Shown one piece after another: positions 11,448 to 24,564 of a stretch of DNA of 64,000 nucleotides. Within the stretch, counting starts at the first letter, position 1. The number at the start of each line of letters is the position of its first letter. The DNA is taken from assembly GCF_024502345.1 (NCBI RefSeq), contig NZ_JALDNN010000001.1; one strand, 5' to 3'. The position numbers and the translations under genes were made by a program. The notes beneath the pieces were generated by a model. It did not search any database and was not told the DNA's origin. It saw only the letters and a program-made list of their open reading frames with translations. This DNA is from Escherichia coli (lineage in GTDB: Bacteria; Pseudomonadota; Gammaproteobacteria; Enterobacterales; Enterobacteriaceae).

Positions 11448-12038
11448 ATGATCACCGTTGCCCTTATAGACGATCACCTCATCGTCCGCTCCGGCTTTGC
11501 GCAGCTGCTGGGGCTGGAACCTGATTTGCAGGTAGTTGCCGAGTTTGGTTCGGGGCGCGAGGCGCTGGCGGGGCTGCCGGGGCGCGGTGTGCAGGTGTGT
11601 ATTTGCGATATCTCCATGCCCGATATCTCCGGTCTGGAGCTGCTAAGCCAGCTGCCGAAAGGTATGGCGACGATTATGCTCTCCGTTCACGACAGTCCTG
11701 CGCTGGTTGAGCAGGCGCTTAACGCGGGGGCACGCGGCTTTCTTTCCAAACGCTGTAGCCCGGATGAACTCATTGCTGCGGTGCATACGGTTGCCACGGG
11801 CGGCTGTTATCTGACGCCGGATATTGCCATTAAACTGGCATCCGGTCGTCAGGACCCGCTAACCAAACGTGAACGCCAGGTGGCGGAAAAACTGGCGCAA
11901 GGAATGGCGGTGAAAGAGATTGCCGCCGAACTGGGCTTGTCACCGAAAACGGTACACGTCCATCGCGCCAATCTGATGGAAAAACTGGGCGTCAGTAACG
12001 ACGTAGAGCTGGCGCGCCGCATGTTTGATGGCTGGTGA
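11448..12038 (+). CDS. uhpA: response regulator (NarL/FixJ family) of the sugar-phosphate uptake system
   Basis: Receiver domain plus LuxR-type HTH; start trimmed to [10 protein letters not shown], giving 196 aa. Confidence 0.9.
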
Positions 12039-13540
12039 TGAAGACGTTGTTCTCCCGCTTAATTACCGTTATTGCCTGCTTTTTTATCTTCTCTGCCGCA
12101 TGGTTTTGCTTGTGGAGTATCAGCCTGCACCTGGTTGAGCGCCCTGATATGGCGGTGCTGTTATTTCCGTTTGGTCTGCGTCTGGGGCTAATGCTGCAAT
12201 GCCCGCGCGGATACTGGCCGGTGCTGCTGGGCGCGGAGTGGCTGCTGATTTACTGGCTAACGCAGGCGGTCGGTTTAACCCATTTTTCCTTATTGATGAT
12301 CGGTAGTTTACTGACGTTACTACCCGTTGCGCTGATCTCGCGCTATCGCCATCAACGTGACTGGCGCACCTTGCTGTTACAGGGGGCGGCCCTGACGGCG
12401 GCGGCGTTGTTGCAGTCGCTGCCCTGGCTTTGGCACGGCAAAGAGTCGTGGAATGCGCTACTACTGACTTTAACTGGCGGCCTGACGCTGGCCCCTATAT
12501 GTCTGGTGTTCTGGCACTATCTCGCCAATAACACCTGGCTGCCGCTCGGCCCGTCGTTAGTTTCTCAACCGATCAACTGGCGCGGGCGGCATCTGGTCTG
12601 GTACTTGCTGCTGTTTGTTATTAGTCTCTGGCTCCAGTTGGGATTGCCGGACGAACTGTCGCGCTTTACGCCATTCTGCCTGGCGCTGCCGATTATCGCG
12701 CTGGCCTGGCACTATGGCTGGCAAGGGGCGCTGATTGCGACGTTGATGAACGCCATCGCGCTGATCGCCAGTCAAACCTGGCGCGATCATCCGGTGGACT
12801 TATTGCTCTCGCTGCTGGTGCAAAGTCTGACAGGGTTGTTACTGGGCGCAGGTATCCAGCGGTTGCGTGAACTTAACCAGTCGCTGCAAAAAGAACTAGC
12901 GCGCAATCAGCATCTGGCTGAACGTTTGTTAGAAACTGAAGAGAGCGTGCGCCGCGACGTGGCGCGTGAGCTGCACGACGATATCGGTCAGACCATCACT
13001 GCTATTCGTACTCAGGCGGGCATTGTTCAGCGACTGGCGGCAGATAACGCCAGCGTGAAGCAGAGCGGGCAGCTCATCGAACAACTGTCGCTGGGTGTTT
13101 ACGATGCGGTGCGCCGTTTGTTAGGGCGGTTGCGTCCGCGCCAGCTGGATGATCTCACCCTGGAGCAGGCCATCCGCTCACTGATGCGGGAAATGGAGCT
13201 GGAAGGGCGCGGCATTGTCAGCCATCTCGAATGGCGTATCGATGAGTCAGCGTTAAGTGAAAACCAGCGCGTGACGCTGTTTCGCGTCTGCCAGGAAGGG
13301 CTGAACAACATTGTGAAACATGCTGATGCCAGCGCGGTCACCCTGCAAGGCTGGCAGCAGGATGAACGGTTGATGCTGGTGATTGAAGACGATGGTAGCG
13401 GTTTGCCACCGGGTTCCGGGCAACAAGGTTTTGGCCTCACCGGAATGCGCGAGCGCGTAACGGCGCTGGGCGGCACATTACACATTTCCTGTCTGCACGG
13501 CACGCGTGTCAGCGTTTCTCTACCTCAACGCTATGTCTAA
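12038..13540 (+). CDS. uhpB: sensor histidine kinase
   Basis: Membrane N-terminal domain and a histidine kinase region (HDDIGQ); start overlaps the uhpA stop. Confidence 0.9.
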   Translation: MKTLFSRLITVIACFFIFSAAWFCLWSISLHLVERPDMAVLLFPFGLRLGLMLQCPRGYWPVLLGAEWLLIYWLTQAVGLTHFSLLMIGSLLTLLPVALISRYRHQRDWRTLLLQGAALTAAALLQSLPWLWHGKESWNALLLTLTGGLTLAPICLVFWHYLANNTWLPLGPSLVSQPINWRGRHLVWYLLLFVISLWLQLGLPDELSRFTPFCLALPIIALAWHYGWQGALIATLMNAIALIASQTWRDHPVDLLLSLLVQSLTGLLLGAGIQRLRELNQSLQKELARNQHLAERLLETEESVRRDVARELHDDIGQTITAIRTQAGIVQRLAADNASVKQSGQLIEQLSLGVYDAVRRLLGRLRPRQLDDLTLEQAIRSLMREMELEGRGIVSHLEWRIDESALSENQRVTLFRVCQEGLNNIVKHADASAVTLQGWQQDERLMLVIEDDGSGLPPGSGQQGFGLTGMRERVTALGGTLHISCLHGTRVSVSLPQRYV

Positions 13541-13549
13541 GGTTCGATG

Positions 13550-14869
13550 ATGTTGCCGTTTCTGAAAGCGCCTGCCGATGCGCCATTACTGACTGATAAA
13601 CATGAAATTGATGCCCGTTATCGCTACTGGCGTCGGCATATTCTGCTGACCATCTGGCTGGGTTACGCGCTGTTTTACTTCACGCGGAAAAGTTTTAACG
13701 CCGCCGTACCAGAAATCCTTGCTAACGGCGTGCTCAGCCGTAGCGATATCGGCCTGTTAGCGACCCTGTTTTACATTACTTACGGCGTGTCGAAGTTTGT
13801 CTCCGGCATTGTCAGCGATCGCTCAAATGCCCGTTATTTTATGGGGATAGGGCTTATCGCCACGGGCATTATCAACATTCTGTTTGGCTTCTCGACGTCG
13901 CTATGGGCGTTTGCCGTACTCTGGGTGCTGAACGCCTTTTTCCAGGGCTGGGGTTCACCGGTGTGTGCGCGTCTGTTAACCGCCTGGTATTCTCGTACCG
14001 AGCGCGGCGGTTGGTGGGCATTATGGAACACGGCGCATAACGTCGGCGGCGCACTCATTCCCATTGTGATGGCAGCGGCTGCACTACATTACGGCTGGCG
14101 TGCCGGGATGATGATTGCTGGTTGTATGGCGATCGTCGTGGGGATTTTTCTCTGCTGGCGGCTGCGCGATCGCCCGCAGGCGTTAGGTTTACCGGCGGTA
14201 GGTGAATGGCGGCACGACGCGCTGGAGATTGCTCAACAACAAGAAGGGGCAGGGCTGACGCGTAAAGAGATCCTCACCAAGTATGTGTTGCTGAATCCGT
14301 ATATCTGGCTGCTTTCGTTTTGCTATGTGCTGGTCTATGTGGTCCGGGCGGCAATCAACGACTGGGGCAATTTGTATATGTCCGAGACGCTGGGCGTCGA
14401 TCTGGTCACGGCGAATACGGCAGTGACGATGTTTGAACTGGGCGGATTTATCGGTGCGCTGGTAGCCGGTTGGGGCTCGGACAAATTGTTTAACGGCAAC
14501 CGTGGGCCGATGAATTTGATTTTCGCCGCCGGAATTTTGCTTTCAGTCGGCTCGCTGTGGCTGATGCCATTTGCCAGCTACGTGATGCAGGCAACCTGCT
14601 TCTTCACTATTGGTTTTTTTGTCTTTGGCCCGCAGATGTTAATCGGCATGGCGGCGGCAGAGTGTTCACACAAAGAGGCGGCAGGGGCGGCGACGGGGTT
14701 TGTCGGCTTGTTTGCTTATCTGGGGGCGTCGCTTGCTGGTTGGCCGCTGGCGAAAGTACTCGATACCTGGCACTGGAGCGGTTTTTTTGTGGTTATCTCT
14801 ATTGCCGCCGGGATTTCCGCACTGCTGTTACTGCCCTTTTTGAACGCCCAGACACCGCGCGAAGCGTGA
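13550..14869 (+). CDS. uhpC: MFS membrane sensor of glucose-6-phosphate
   Basis: MFS sugar-phosphate family, about 439 aa. Confidence 0.9.
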   Translation: MLPFLKAPADAPLLTDKHEIDARYRYWRRHILLTIWLGYALFYFTRKSFNAAVPEILANGVLSRSDIGLLATLFYITYGVSKFVSGIVSDRSNARYFMGIGLIATGIINILFGFSTSLWAFAVLWVLNAFFQGWGSPVCARLLTAWYSRTERGGWWALWNTAHNVGGALIPIVMAAAALHYGWRAGMMIAGCMAIVVGIFLCWRLRDRPQALGLPAVGEWRHDALEIAQQQEGAGLTRKEILTKYVLLNPYIWLLSFCYVLVYVVRAAINDWGNLYMSETLGVDLVTANTAVTMFELGGFIGALVAGWGSDKLFNGNRGPMNLIFAAGILLSVGSLWLMPFASYVMQATCFFTIGFFVFGPQMLIGMAAAECSHKEAAGAATGFVGLFAYLGASLAGWPLAKVLDTWHWSGFFVVISIAAGISALLLLPFLNAQTPREA

Positions 14870-15006
14870 TGCATCTCACCTTTTCACTTCATATCCGGCA
14901 AAACTAAGAAATTTTCCAGGTTTTGCCTGGACGCTATCTCAGGCCTGATTTGCTGCTGATTTTTACAATGCATGCCTCACGCAGGTATTCATTTCAGGAG
15001 TAACCC

Positions 15007-16398
15007 ATGCTGGCTTTCTTAAACCAGGTTCGCAAGCCGACCCTGGACCTTCCGCTCGAAGTGCGGCGCAAAATGTGGTTCAAACCGTTCATGCAATCCT
15101 ACCTGGTGGTCTTTATCGGCTACCTGACGATGTACCTGATTCGCAAGAACTTTAACATCGCGCAGAACGACATGATCTCGACCTACGGGTTGAGCATGAC
15201 GCAGCTGGGGATGATCGGCCTGGGTTTCTCCATCACTTATGGCGTGGGTAAAACGCTGGTTTCCTACTACGCCGACGGCAAAAACACCAAACAATTCCTG
15301 CCGTTCATGCTTATCCTGTCTGCCATTTGTATGCTGGGCTTCAGTGCCAGTATGGGCAGCGGCTCGGTTAGCCTGTTTCTGATGATTGCCTTCTACGCCT
15401 TAAGCGGCTTTTTCCAGAGCACCGGCGGTTCGTGCAGTTACTCCACCATCACCAAATGGACGCCGCGTCGTAAGCGCGGGACCTTCCTCGGTTTCTGGAA
15501 TATTTCTCACAACCTTGGCGGTGCAGGCGCAGCAGGTGTGGCGCTGTTCGGGGCAAATTACCTGTTCGATGGCCATGTCATCGGCATGTTTATCTTCCCG
15601 TCGATTATCGCGCTGATTGTCGGTTTTATCGGCCTGCGTTACGGCAGCGACTCCCCGGAATCTTATGGCCTCGGCAAAGCTGAAGAACTGTTCGGCGAGG
15701 AGATCAGCGAAGAGGACAAAGAGACAGAATCTACCGATATGACCAAGTGGCAGATCTTTGTTGAGTATGTGCTGAAAAACAAAGTGATCTGGCTGCTGTG
15801 CTTCGCCAACATTTTCCTCTATGTGGTACGTATTGGTATCGACCAGTGGTCAACCGTATACGCGTTCCAGGAACTGAAACTCTCTAAAGCGGTGGCGATT
15901 CAGGGCTTTACGCTGTTTGAAGCTGGTGCGCTGGTCGGTACGCTGCTGTGGGGCTGGCTCTCTGACCTGGCGAACGGTCGCCGTGGCCTGGTGGCCTGCA
16001 TCGCGCTGGCGCTGATTATCGCCACGCTCGGTGTGTATCAACATGCCAGCAACGAATATATCTATCTGGCTTCTCTCTTTGCGTTGGGTTTCCTGGTCTT
16101 TGGCCCGCAATTGTTGATTGGTGTGGCTGCTGTTGGTTTTGTACCTAAAAAAGCGATTGGTGCTGCCGATGGTATTAAAGGCACCTTTGCTTACCTGATT
16201 GGCGACAGCTTTGCCAAGTTAGGTCTGGGAATGATTGCCGATGGGACGCCGGTATTCGGCCTTACCGGCTGGGCAGGCACCTTCGCCGCGCTGGATATCG
16301 CCGCGATTGGTTGTATCTGCCTGATGGCGATAGTGGCGGTGATGGAAGAACGCAAAATCCGCCGCGAGAAAAAAATTCAGCAGTTGACAGTGGCATAA
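15007..16398 (+). CDS. uhpT: hexose-6-phosphate:phosphate antiporter
   Basis: 463-aa MFS organophosphate:Pi antiporter. Confidence 0.95.
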
Positions 16399-16416
16399 AC
16401 GTAACTGGTGACTTTT

Positions 16417-16444
16417 GCCCGGCATGACGCCGGGCTTTTTTTTT
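16417..16444. terminator. bidirectional rho-independent terminator between uhpT and ade
   Basis: GCCCGGC-ATGAC-GCCGGGC hairpin followed by a T-run. Confidence 0.7.
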
Positions 16445-16445
16445 A

Positions 16446-18212
16446 TTATTCCGTGACTTCCAGCGTAGTGAAGGCAAATTTCTCGCCATCAAATAGCCCC
16501 TGACTGGTTAGTTTCAGCGCGGGGATCACTGGCAGAGAAAGAAACGCCATCTGAATAAACGGCTCATCCGGTAACGGACCGCATTCACGGGCGGCGGCTT
16601 TCAAGGCGTCAATTTGTTCCGCCAGCGACTGCGCCGTGTCGGTGCTCATCAGCCCGGCAATGGGCAACGGTAGATGACTTTGTACCTGGCCGTTACGTAC
16701 CACGCACAACCCGCCGCCATCCTGAATCACCTGATTGACCGCCAGCGCCATCTCTTCGGCACTGCGACCGATCACCACAATATTATGGCTGTCATGACTG
16801 ACCGTCGCAGCCAGCGCACCTTCATTCAGGCCAAAGCCGCCGAGCAAACCACAGGCCGGAGCCAGACGTTGCCCGTAACGCTCAAGTACGGCAATAAAGC
16901 ACACATCATCGCGATCAAAACCATTTTCGCTGTAGACGCTGGAGCGGGAGTGCGTAATCAATTCGTTATGGATGACGTCAATGACCCGATAGCGTTTTCC
17001 GGGCATGAATTGCAGGGAAAAGTCGCTGGCGGAAACTGGCTGGCGGGCAATGGTATTGCCATACGGCGGAGCGGATTGTGCCAGTCTCGCCGACTCTTCC
17101 GCCTGTAAGGTTTGCGCATCAATCGGTTCGCCTTTCACCAGTACCTGCTGCACCGTGACCTTACGCGCATCGCTCAACAGGACGATATCAGCCTGCTTAC
17201 CGGGTGCCAGTAAGCCCAGGTGATTCAGACCAAAGTGGCGCGCCGTCGACCAGCTGGCGACGCGATATGCCACATGCAGCGGCACATTGTGTTGTTCGAT
17301 CAGGCGGCGAATTAGGGCATCGATATGCCCTTCATGGGCGATCTCCCACGGGTTACGGTCATCAGTACAGAGCATGCATTGCGGGCTGTTAAATTCGTTG
17401 ATCAACGGTGCCAGTGCGTTGAGATTGCGGGCAGCGGACCCCTCGCGGATCATCAACGACATGCCGAGTTGTAATTTCCGGCGTCCTTCTTCCAGCTGAT
17501 AACTTTCGTGGCAGTTTTCAATACCCGCGGCAATATAGGCATTAAGTTCTTTACCACCCAAACCCGGGCAGTGACCGTCCAGCGTCAGGTGGCGAAATGC
17601 ATCCAGTTTATCGAGCAGCGCATTCTGCCCGCTAATTACGCCAGGGTAGTCCATCATTTCTGCAAGGCCGGTAACCTGCGGATGGTCCCGCCAGGCGAGC
17701 ATCTGTTCAAGGGTAAAACTGGCACCGTTAACATCGCAGCCTTCCAGAGCGGGCACGCAAGAGCTGACCTGTAAGTACTGGTTTTGCCTTGCCTGTTTGG
17801 CACAGCGGGCAAACCAGGCGAATCCGGCTTCGCCCATCACGTTGACGATTTCATGAGGGTCGCAAATAACGGTCGTCAGGCCGCGCGGCAGAGTAGCGGT
17901 TTCAAAGGTGACCGGCGTCATCATGCTGGATTCAATATGCAGGTGAGCATCAATAAACCCTGGCACCGCCGTTGCGCCGCGGGCATCAATCCGCTGCAAA
18001 GCCGGAGCATCAGTGTATTCTGCGCCAACACCGGCAATGTAACGTCCTTTAATCACAATTGGGCCGGAAATTTCTCCGCCATTGATCAGGTCGAGAATAG
18101 AGACATTATCAATAATATAATCGGCAACAGCGTCGCCACGGGAAACGGCTAACAATTCCTGGTATTCAGCCCGGCTAATGTGATGAAATTTATGGTTAAT
18201 AGAATTATTCAT
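16446..18212 (-). CDS. ade: adenine deaminase
   Basis: 588-aa amidohydrolase with the [12 protein letters not shown] metal-binding motif. Confidence 0.95.
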   Translation of the reverse strand: MNNSINHKFHHISRAEYQELLAVSRGDAVADYIIDNVSILDLINGGEISGPIVIKGRYIAGVGAEYTDAPALQRIDARGATAVPGFIDAHLHIESSMMTPVTFETATLPRGLTTVICDPHEIVNVMGEAGFAWFARCAKQARQNQYLQVSSCVPALEGCDVNGASFTLEQMLAWRDHPQVTGLAEMMDYPGVISGQNALLDKLDAFRHLTLDGHCPGLGGKELNAYIAAGIENCHESYQLEEGRRKLQLGMSLMIREGSAARNLNALAPLINEFNSPQCMLCTDDRNPWEIAHEGHIDALIRRLIEQHNVPLHVAYRVASWSTARHFGLNHLGLLAPGKQADIVLLSDARKVTVQQVLVKGEPIDAQTLQAEESARLAQSAPPYGNTIARQPVSASDFSLQFMPGKRYRVIDVIHNELITHSRSSVYSENGFDRDDVCFIAVLERYGQRLAPACGLLGGFGLNEGALAATVSHDSHNIVVIGRSAEEMALAVNQVIQDGGGLCVVRNGQVQSHLPLPIAGLMSTDTAQSLAEQIDALKAAARECGPLPDEPFIQMAFLSLPVIPALKLTSQGLFDGEKFAFTTLEVTE

Positions 18213-18386
18213 ATTTTTCTCATTTTGATTTTATCAATTTGATTATTATTTATCATAAAGAAACGTCGCGAGATTATTAAAGAATATCCATTAATGTGCA
18301 ATTGAAATGTGATAATTATCACTGAACCGTTGTTGTCATTTGTTTTACAAAAGCAAGGGATTAAATCTCCTCCAATGGACAAAAAA

Positions 18387-19721
18387 ATGAATAATGACAA
18401 TACCGATTACGTGAGTAATGAATCAGGGACGCTTTCGCGATTATTTAAACTACCTCAGCATGGGACCACCGTCCGCACAGAATTGATTGCGGGGATGACC
18501 ACTTTTTTAACCATGGTGTACATCGTTTTTGTGAACCCGCAAATCCTCGGCGCGGCACAAATGGACCCGAAAGTGGTGTTTGTTACCACCTGTTTGATTG
18601 CCGGTATCGGCAGCATTGCGATGGGGATATTTGCTAACTTACCCGTGGCGCTGGCTCCGGCAATGGGGCTGAACGCCTTCTTTGCCTTCGTGGTCGTGGG
18701 GGCGATGGGCATCTCCTGGCAGACCGGGATGGGCGCAATATTCTGGGGCGCAGTTGGACTATTTTTGCTCACGCTGTTTCGTATCCGGTACTGGATGATC
18801 TCCAACATTCCCTTAAGTTTACGTATTGGTATCACCAGCGGAATTGGATTATTTATCGCCTTAATGGGATTAAAAAATACTGGCGTTATTGTCGCCAATA
18901 AAGACACGCTGGTGATGATTGGCGATTTAAGTTCTCACGGCGTGTTGTTAGGTATTTTAGGGTTTTTTATTATAACCGTGTTGTCATCACGTCATTTTCA
19001 TGCCGCGGTGCTGGTTTCTATTGTGGTGACGTCTTGCTGTGGATTATTTTTCGGTGATGTTCATTTTAGCGGCGTCTATTCCATTCCGCCTGATATTAGC
19101 GGCGTCATTGGTGAAGTAGATTTGAGCGGCGCGTTAACACTTGAACTCGCCGGTATCATTTTCTCCTTTATGCTGATCAACCTATTTGATTCATCAGGAA
19201 CATTAATTGGTGTAACTGATAAAGCGGGCTTAATAGATGGTAACGGTAAATTCCCCAATATGAATAAGGCGCTGTATGTTGATAGCGTCAGTTCGGTGGC
19301 GGGTGCGTTTATCGGCACCTCGTCTGTTACTGCCTATATTGAAAGTACTTCTGGTGTGGCAGTCGGTGGCCGCACGGGGCTGACTGCGGTTGTGGTTGGC
19401 GTTATGTTCCTGTTGGTTATGTTCTTCTCACCGCTGGTGGCGATGGTTCCTCCTTACGCAACCGCCGGAGCGTTAATCTTTGTTGGCGTGCTGATGACTT
19501 CGAGCCTGGCGCGCGTTAACTGGGATGATTTTACCGAATCGGTGCCTGCGTTTATTACCACGGTGATGATGCCCTTTACTTTCTCGATCACCGAAGGGAT
19601 TGCACTCGGCTTTATGTCGTACTGCATCATGAAAGTGTGCACCGGGCGCTGGCGCGATCTGAACCTGTGTGTGGTGGTGGTCGCAGCTCTGTTTGCACTG
19701 AAGATTATTCTGGTGGATTAG
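18387..19721 (+). CDS. adeQ: adenine permease (NCS2/AzgA family)
   Basis: Start trimmed to MNNDNTDY, giving 444 aa; polytopic membrane protein. Confidence 0.9.
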   Translation: MNNDNTDYVSNESGTLSRLFKLPQHGTTVRTELIAGMTTFLTMVYIVFVNPQILGAAQMDPKVVFVTTCLIAGIGSIAMGIFANLPVALAPAMGLNAFFAFVVVGAMGISWQTGMGAIFWGAVGLFLLTLFRIRYWMISNIPLSLRIGITSGIGLFIALMGLKNTGVIVANKDTLVMIGDLSSHGVLLGILGFFIITVLSSRHFHAAVLVSIVVTSCCGLFFGDVHFSGVYSIPPDISGVIGEVDLSGALTLELAGIIFSFMLINLFDSSGTLIGVTDKAGLIDGNGKFPNMNKALYVDSVSSVAGAFIGTSSVTAYIESTSGVAVGGRTGLTAVVVGVMFLLVMFFSPLVAMVPPYATAGALIFVGVLMTSSLARVNWDDFTESVPAFITTVMMPFTFSITEGIALGFMSYCIMKVCTGRWRDLNLCVVVVAALFALKIILVD

Positions 19722-19773
19722 TAACTGGCAAGGGTTTCCAGATATCATGAGTTCTGATTACGCAGGAGAACTC

Positions 19774-20226
19774 ATGATCTGGATAATGCTCGCCACGCTG
19801 GCGGTAGTGTTTGTGGTTGGTTTTCGGGTGCTGACATCCGGGGCCAGAAAAGCGATTCGCCGTCTCAGTGATCGGCTGAATATCGATGTCGTACCCGTGG
19901 AGTCGATGGTCGATCAAATGGGAAAGTCAGCCGGTGACGAATTTTTACGTTATTTGCATCGCCCGGATGAGTCGCACCTGCAAAACGCCGCGCAGGTGTT
20001 GCTCATCTGGCAAATTGTCATTGTCGATGGTAGCGAACAGAACCTGCTGCAATGGCATCGGATTTTACAAAAAGCCCGTCTTGCCGCGCCGATTACCGAT
20101 GCTCAGGTCAGGCTGGCGCTGGGTTTTCTGCGCGAAACCGAACCTGAAATGCAGGATATTAATGCTTTTCAGATGCGCTATAACGCGTTCTTTCAGCCTG
20201 CCGAGGGCGTTCACTGGCTGCATTAA
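19774..20226 (+). CDS. yicN: small membrane-anchored protein of unknown function
   Basis: Conserved position; start trimmed to MIWIMLA, about 150 aa. Confidence 0.7.
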   Translation: MIWIMLATLAVVFVVGFRVLTSGARKAIRRLSDRLNIDVVPVESMVDQMGKSAGDEFLRYLHRPDESHLQNAAQVLLIWQIVIVDGSEQNLLQWHRILQKARLAAPITDAQVRLALGFLRETEPEMQDINAFQMRYNAFFQPAEGVHWLH

Positions 20227-20436
20227 AACCGCTTCGTCTTATCAGCCTACAGACCGCGCCTGACCTGTCGGGTGGATAAGACGTTCACGCCGCATCCGGT
20301 AATCTTTGCCCTGTTCCGTTTCGATCTTAACTCCAGCTCAAGCAACACCGTAAAAGTTGCAAAAACGTTAAATGCGTCACACATTTCAATGTTAAAGTGG
20401 TCGGCTTTTCCCCTGAAACATGCCACGGGTAACACC

Positions 20437-21627
20437 ATGAGTGAATTTATTGCCGAAAACCGCGACGCGGATGCCATCACCCGACCGAACTGGTCAGCCG
20501 TTTTCTCGGTGGCGTTTTGTGTCGCCTGTCTGATTATCGTTGAGTTTTTGCCCGTCAGTTTGTTGACGCCAATGGCCCAGGATTTAGGCATTTCGGAAGG
20601 GGTTGCCGGGCAATCGGTGACCGTGACCGCCTTTGTGGCAATGTTTGCCAGTTTGTTTATTACCCAGACAATTCAGGCTACTGACCGCCGCTACGTTGTT
20701 ATTTTGTTTGCCGTTTTGCTGACGCTCTCCTGCTTGCTGGTTTCCTTTGCTAACTCATTCAGTTTGCTTTTAATCGGTCGTGCCTGTCTGGGGCTGGCGC
20801 TGGGCGGGTTCTGGGCGATGTCGGCGTCGCTGACCATGCGTCTGGTACCACCGCGTACGGTGCCGAAGGCGCTGTCGGTGATCTTCGGCGCGGTTTCTAT
20901 TGCGCTGGTGATTGCCGCGCCGTTGGGCAGTTTTTTAGGCGAGCTTATCGGTTGGCGCAATGTCTTTAATGCGGCGGCGGTGATGGGCGTGCTGTGTATT
21001 TTCTGGATTATCAAATCATTGCCTTCACTGCCAGGCGAACCCTCGCATCAGAAACAAAATACTTTCCGCTTATTACAACGTCCGGGTGTGATGGCAGGGA
21101 TGATCGCCATCTTCATGTCTTTCGCCGGGCAGTTTGCTTTCTTCACGTATATTCGCCCGGTGTATATGAACCTGGCGGGATTCGGCGTGGATGGCTTAAC
21201 GCTGGTGCTGTTGAGTTTTGGTATCGCCAGCTTTATTGGTACGTCGCTTTCGTCGTTCATTCTTAAACGTTCGGTAAAACTGGCCTTAGCAGGCGCGCCG
21301 TTAATACTGGCTGTGAGTGCGTTGGTACTGACGTTGTGGGGAAGCGATAAAATCGTTGCTACCGGCGTGGCGATTATCTGGGGGCTAACTTTTGCATTGG
21401 TTCCCGTCGGCTGGTCAACGTGGATCACCCGCTCGCTGGCCGATCAGGCAGAAAAAGCCGGGTCTATTCAGGTGGCGGTTATTCAGCTTGCTAATACCTG
21501 TGGCGCGGCAATCGGCGGTTATGCGCTGGATAATATTGGTCTGACTTCGCCGTTGATGTTGTCCGGCACATTGATGTTGCTGACTGCATTGTTGGTTACT
21601 GCAAAGGTGAAAATGAAGAAATCCTGA
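20437..21627 (+). CDS. nepI: MFS purine ribonucleoside efflux pump
   Basis: Start trimmed to [10 protein letters not shown], giving 396 aa; MFS topology. Confidence 0.9.
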   Translation: MSEFIAENRDADAITRPNWSAVFSVAFCVACLIIVEFLPVSLLTPMAQDLGISEGVAGQSVTVTAFVAMFASLFITQTIQATDRRYVVILFAVLLTLSCLLVSFANSFSLLLIGRACLGLALGGFWAMSASLTMRLVPPRTVPKALSVIFGAVSIALVIAAPLGSFLGELIGWRNVFNAAAVMGVLCIFWIIKSLPSLPGEPSHQKQNTFRLLQRPGVMAGMIAIFMSFAGQFAFFTYIRPVYMNLAGFGVDGLTLVLLSFGIASFIGTSLSSFILKRSVKLALAGAPLILAVSALVLTLWGSDKIVATGVAIIWGLTFALVPVGWSTWITRSLADQAEKAGSIQVAVIQLANTCGAAIGGYALDNIGLTSPLMLSGTLMLLTALLVTAKVKMKKS

Positions 21628-21667
21628 TATCAGGTAAAGAAGCGTTGGTCAGTAGTTGTTGCTGTTC

Positions 21668-21961
21668 TTACATATCCGGGCATTCTACCTTACCCAACGC
21701 TTCCCAATAATTGCTCTGATTATTACGTTCCATCGCCACGATGGCCTCGCGTATATGTTGTTTATTGTTTTCATCTGACAACATTAACTTTTCCCACGCT
21801 TCATCTGATAATGACGCCTGTGGCGTGCAAATTTTACGTAAATCTTGTAATACCGTGGTTTTCTCTTTTGCGGACTGCAGTGAGCTAAAAGGCGACTCGG
21901 CGTATACGATGCCTGGCATAGCGAAAAAAGTGAAAATAAGCAGTAGTGTCGTTGGTTTCAT
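21668..21961 (-). CDS. yicS: small secreted protein
   Basis: 97 aa with an N-terminal signal peptide (MKPTTLLLIFTFFAMPGIVYA). Confidence 0.8.
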   Translation of the reverse strand: MKPTTLLLIFTFFAMPGIVYAESPFSSLQSAKEKTTVLQDLRKICTPQASLSDEAWEKLMLSDENNKQHIREAIVAMERNNQSNYWEALGKVECPDM

Positions 21962-22182
21962 GGATTCAACCTTTTACAAATGTGTATCGAATGAAGCATA
22001 AGTGTAGTTTGCTTTCATCGCTCTCATCATGCTGTACGAAACGCGCTTGCGTGGTCAGTAAGAAGTGCCAGACTTTATATTCCACTTTTATTCCTTTTTA
22101 TTCTTATCGATAGCGTTTCGTTTTTTAAACCGCAGCGACCTTACCGCTATAGTCAGGTAATCATTAATAAAAGGATAAAAAA

Positions 22183-23001
22183 ATGAAACTGACAACACAT
22201 CATCTACGGACAGGGGCCGCATTATTGCTGGCCGGAATTCTGCTGGCAGGTTGCGACCAGAGTAGCAGCGATGCAAAACACATTAAAGTTGGCGTTATAA
22301 ATGGCGCAGAACAAGATGTCGCGGAAGTCGCTAAAAAGGTGGCAAAAGAGAAATATGGCCTCGATGTTGAACTGGTAGGATTTAGCGGTTCGTTGCTACC
22401 GAACGATGCGACAAATCATGGCGAACTTGATGCGAATGTCTTCCAGCATCGACCCTTTCTTGAACAAGATAATCAGGCGCATGGTTATAAACTGGTAGCG
22501 GTGGGAAATACGTTTGTCTTCCCTATGGCGGGTTATTCCAAAAAAATCACAACCGTGGCGCAAATAAAAGAAGGCGCGACAGTGGCGATCCCCAACGACC
22601 CGACCAACCTTGGTCGCGCACTTTTACTGTTGCAAAAAGAGAAGCTAATTACTCTGAAAGAGGGAAAAGGGTTATTACCTACCGCGCTGGATATAACCGA
22701 TAATCCTCGTCATTTGCAGATTATGGAACTCGAGGGGGCGCAGCTTCCGCGCGTACTGGATGATCCCAAAGTTGATGTAGCGATTATCAGCACCACTTAC
22801 ATTCAGCAGACAGGGCTTTCTCCGGTGCACGACAGCGTATTTATTGAAGATAAGAATTCGCCGTATGTGAATATTTTGGTGGTACGGGAAGATAATAAGA
22901 ATGCAGAAAACGTGAAGGAATTTCTGCAATCTTATCAATCACCCGAAGTCGCTAAAGCGGCAGAAACCATTTTTAACGGTGGCGCGGTGCCTGGCTGGTA
23001 A
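22183..23001 (+). CDS. nlpA: lipoprotein-28 (methionine-binding lipoprotein family)
   Basis: Lipobox LLAGC; 272 aa. Confidence 0.95.
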   Translation: MKLTTHHLRTGAALLLAGILLAGCDQSSSDAKHIKVGVINGAEQDVAEVAKKVAKEKYGLDVELVGFSGSLLPNDATNHGELDANVFQHRPFLEQDNQAHGYKLVAVGNTFVFPMAGYSKKITTVAQIKEGATVAIPNDPTNLGRALLLLQKEKLITLKEGKGLLPTALDITDNPRHLQIMELEGAQLPRVLDDPKVDVAIISTTYIQQTGLSPVHDSVFIEDKNSPYVNILVVREDNKNAENVKEFLQSYQSPEVAKAAETIFNGGAVPGW

Positions 23002-23004
23002 TTC

Positions 23005-23928
23005 TCACTCATGCCGCGCCGGACGATTTATTTTTCTGGCGCGGCGACGGGAATCCATTGAAATCAAAATCACCGATGACAGAATCAGCAGCGTTCCCAG
23101 CCAGTCCGGTAATGTGAACGTGATCCCCAGCAACAGCAAAGAGAGTAGCGCGCTACTTAATGGTTCTGCACAGCTCAAAATGCTGGCTTTTGGACCGCCA
23201 ATTAATTGTGCTCCTTTCAGGTACAGACTAAATGTCAGGGATGTACCAATGACCACCAAATAAAAAAACGCCAGAATCAAACTGCCGTTAACGACAAAGT
23301 TTGTTCCTTGTCTGGCATAAAAAGGCAACAGAATCAGACCGCCAATCAGCATACTCCAGCCGACGACTGGTAACGTGCCATAGCGGGCAATTAGCGTTGA
23401 GGGATAGGTGGTATAGAATGCAGCAGCAAATGCCGAGGCAATGCCCCAGAACAACGCGGCAGGAGAGATCGATAATGACGTCGGATTACCGTGTGTCACC
23501 AATAAAAAAGTCCCGACCAGCGATGTCAAAATAGCGCAGAAAACCAGAATGCCCGGGCGCGATTTACGCACCAGTGAGAACCAGGCGACGATAATCGTCG
23601 GTGAGAGGAATTGCAGCACCGTTGCCGTGGCTGCGTTCGATTTTTCGATGGTTAGCAAAAAAGTGAGCTGTACAGTTAGCGCGCCAACCACGGAAAAAAT
23701 CAGCAGGCTAATGGCATCTTTATGATTGTTAATAATAGAAAAGATTTTATCGCCATGAACAAATGACAGCGTCAGTAGAATCAAACCGGCGAATATCAAA
23801 CGCGTCATAGTCAAAAACTGCGACGACATCTGGCTTTGCTCCATGATGTATTGCGCGCAGACCCCTGAACTTCCCCACAACACGGCGGCAATCAGAACGT
23901 TCAGCATCCCCTTTCTGGTGGAACCCAT
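23005..23928 (-). CDS. yicL: EamA/DMT-family transporter
   Basis: 307-aa protein with 10 predicted TM segments. Confidence 0.9.
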   Translation of the reverse strand: MGSTRKGMLNVLIAAVLWGSSGVCAQYIMEQSQMSSQFLTMTRLIFAGLILLTLSFVHGDKIFSIINNHKDAISLLIFSVVGALTVQLTFLLTIEKSNAATATVLQFLSPTIIVAWFSLVRKSRPGILVFCAILTSLVGTFLLVTHGNPTSLSISPAALFWGIASAFAAAFYTTYPSTLIARYGTLPVVGWSMLIGGLILLPFYARQGTNFVVNGSLILAFFYLVVIGTSLTFSLYLKGAQLIGGPKASILSCAEPLSSALLSLLLLGITFTLPDWLGTLLILSSVILISMDSRRRARKINRPARHE

Positions 23929-24564
23929 TTTTCCCTCTGCATACTGTTTTGTCGTTTATGTATGCAGGCATGATAGCAAAAATGGCGAGGATGGCTCTGT
24001 TTGCGCCACGCCGATTTTTCTTAGCCCAGACTGGTGAGCTAAATATCTTTAATAAACAGCAGGCAAATCATCGCAATACCCAACATCCCTATCGCCAGCC
24101 AGAACAACGCATGGTAGCTCCAGATTTCAACCATAATTCCGTCAACAGAGCCGGCGATAATCCAGCCGACGCGTGAAGTATTTGCATATAACGTTGTCGC
24201 AGAGCCTATTTTTTCAGGCATCAAGTCCTGAAAATAAAGCATGCCGATACCACAGAGAATACCAAGGAAGATGGCATTAAGAATTTGCAATTCCAGCTCA
24301 ACCGCCGGAGTCGTCGCCATGAGTACGCTGGCGTAAAAACACATTCCACTCACGATAGCAATGAGCATTAATAGTCGCTTGCCAATACGTTTCATGTAAT
24401 AGCCTGCGATTAACATCATCGGAATTTCCAGACCGGCAGCGATACCAATCATTTCTCCAGCCAGTTTATCGGTTAGATGCAGTTCATCAATAATAAATAG
24501 CGGCATATTTATCATGTAGAGATTATTCGCCGCCCACATCATTGAACAAACCACAAAAAGTAGC

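Noticed and set aside
12557-13503. Minus-strand ORFs of 77 and 134 aa inside uhpB
   Set aside because: They are antisense to the well-supported uhpB histidine kinase frame and have no independent support.
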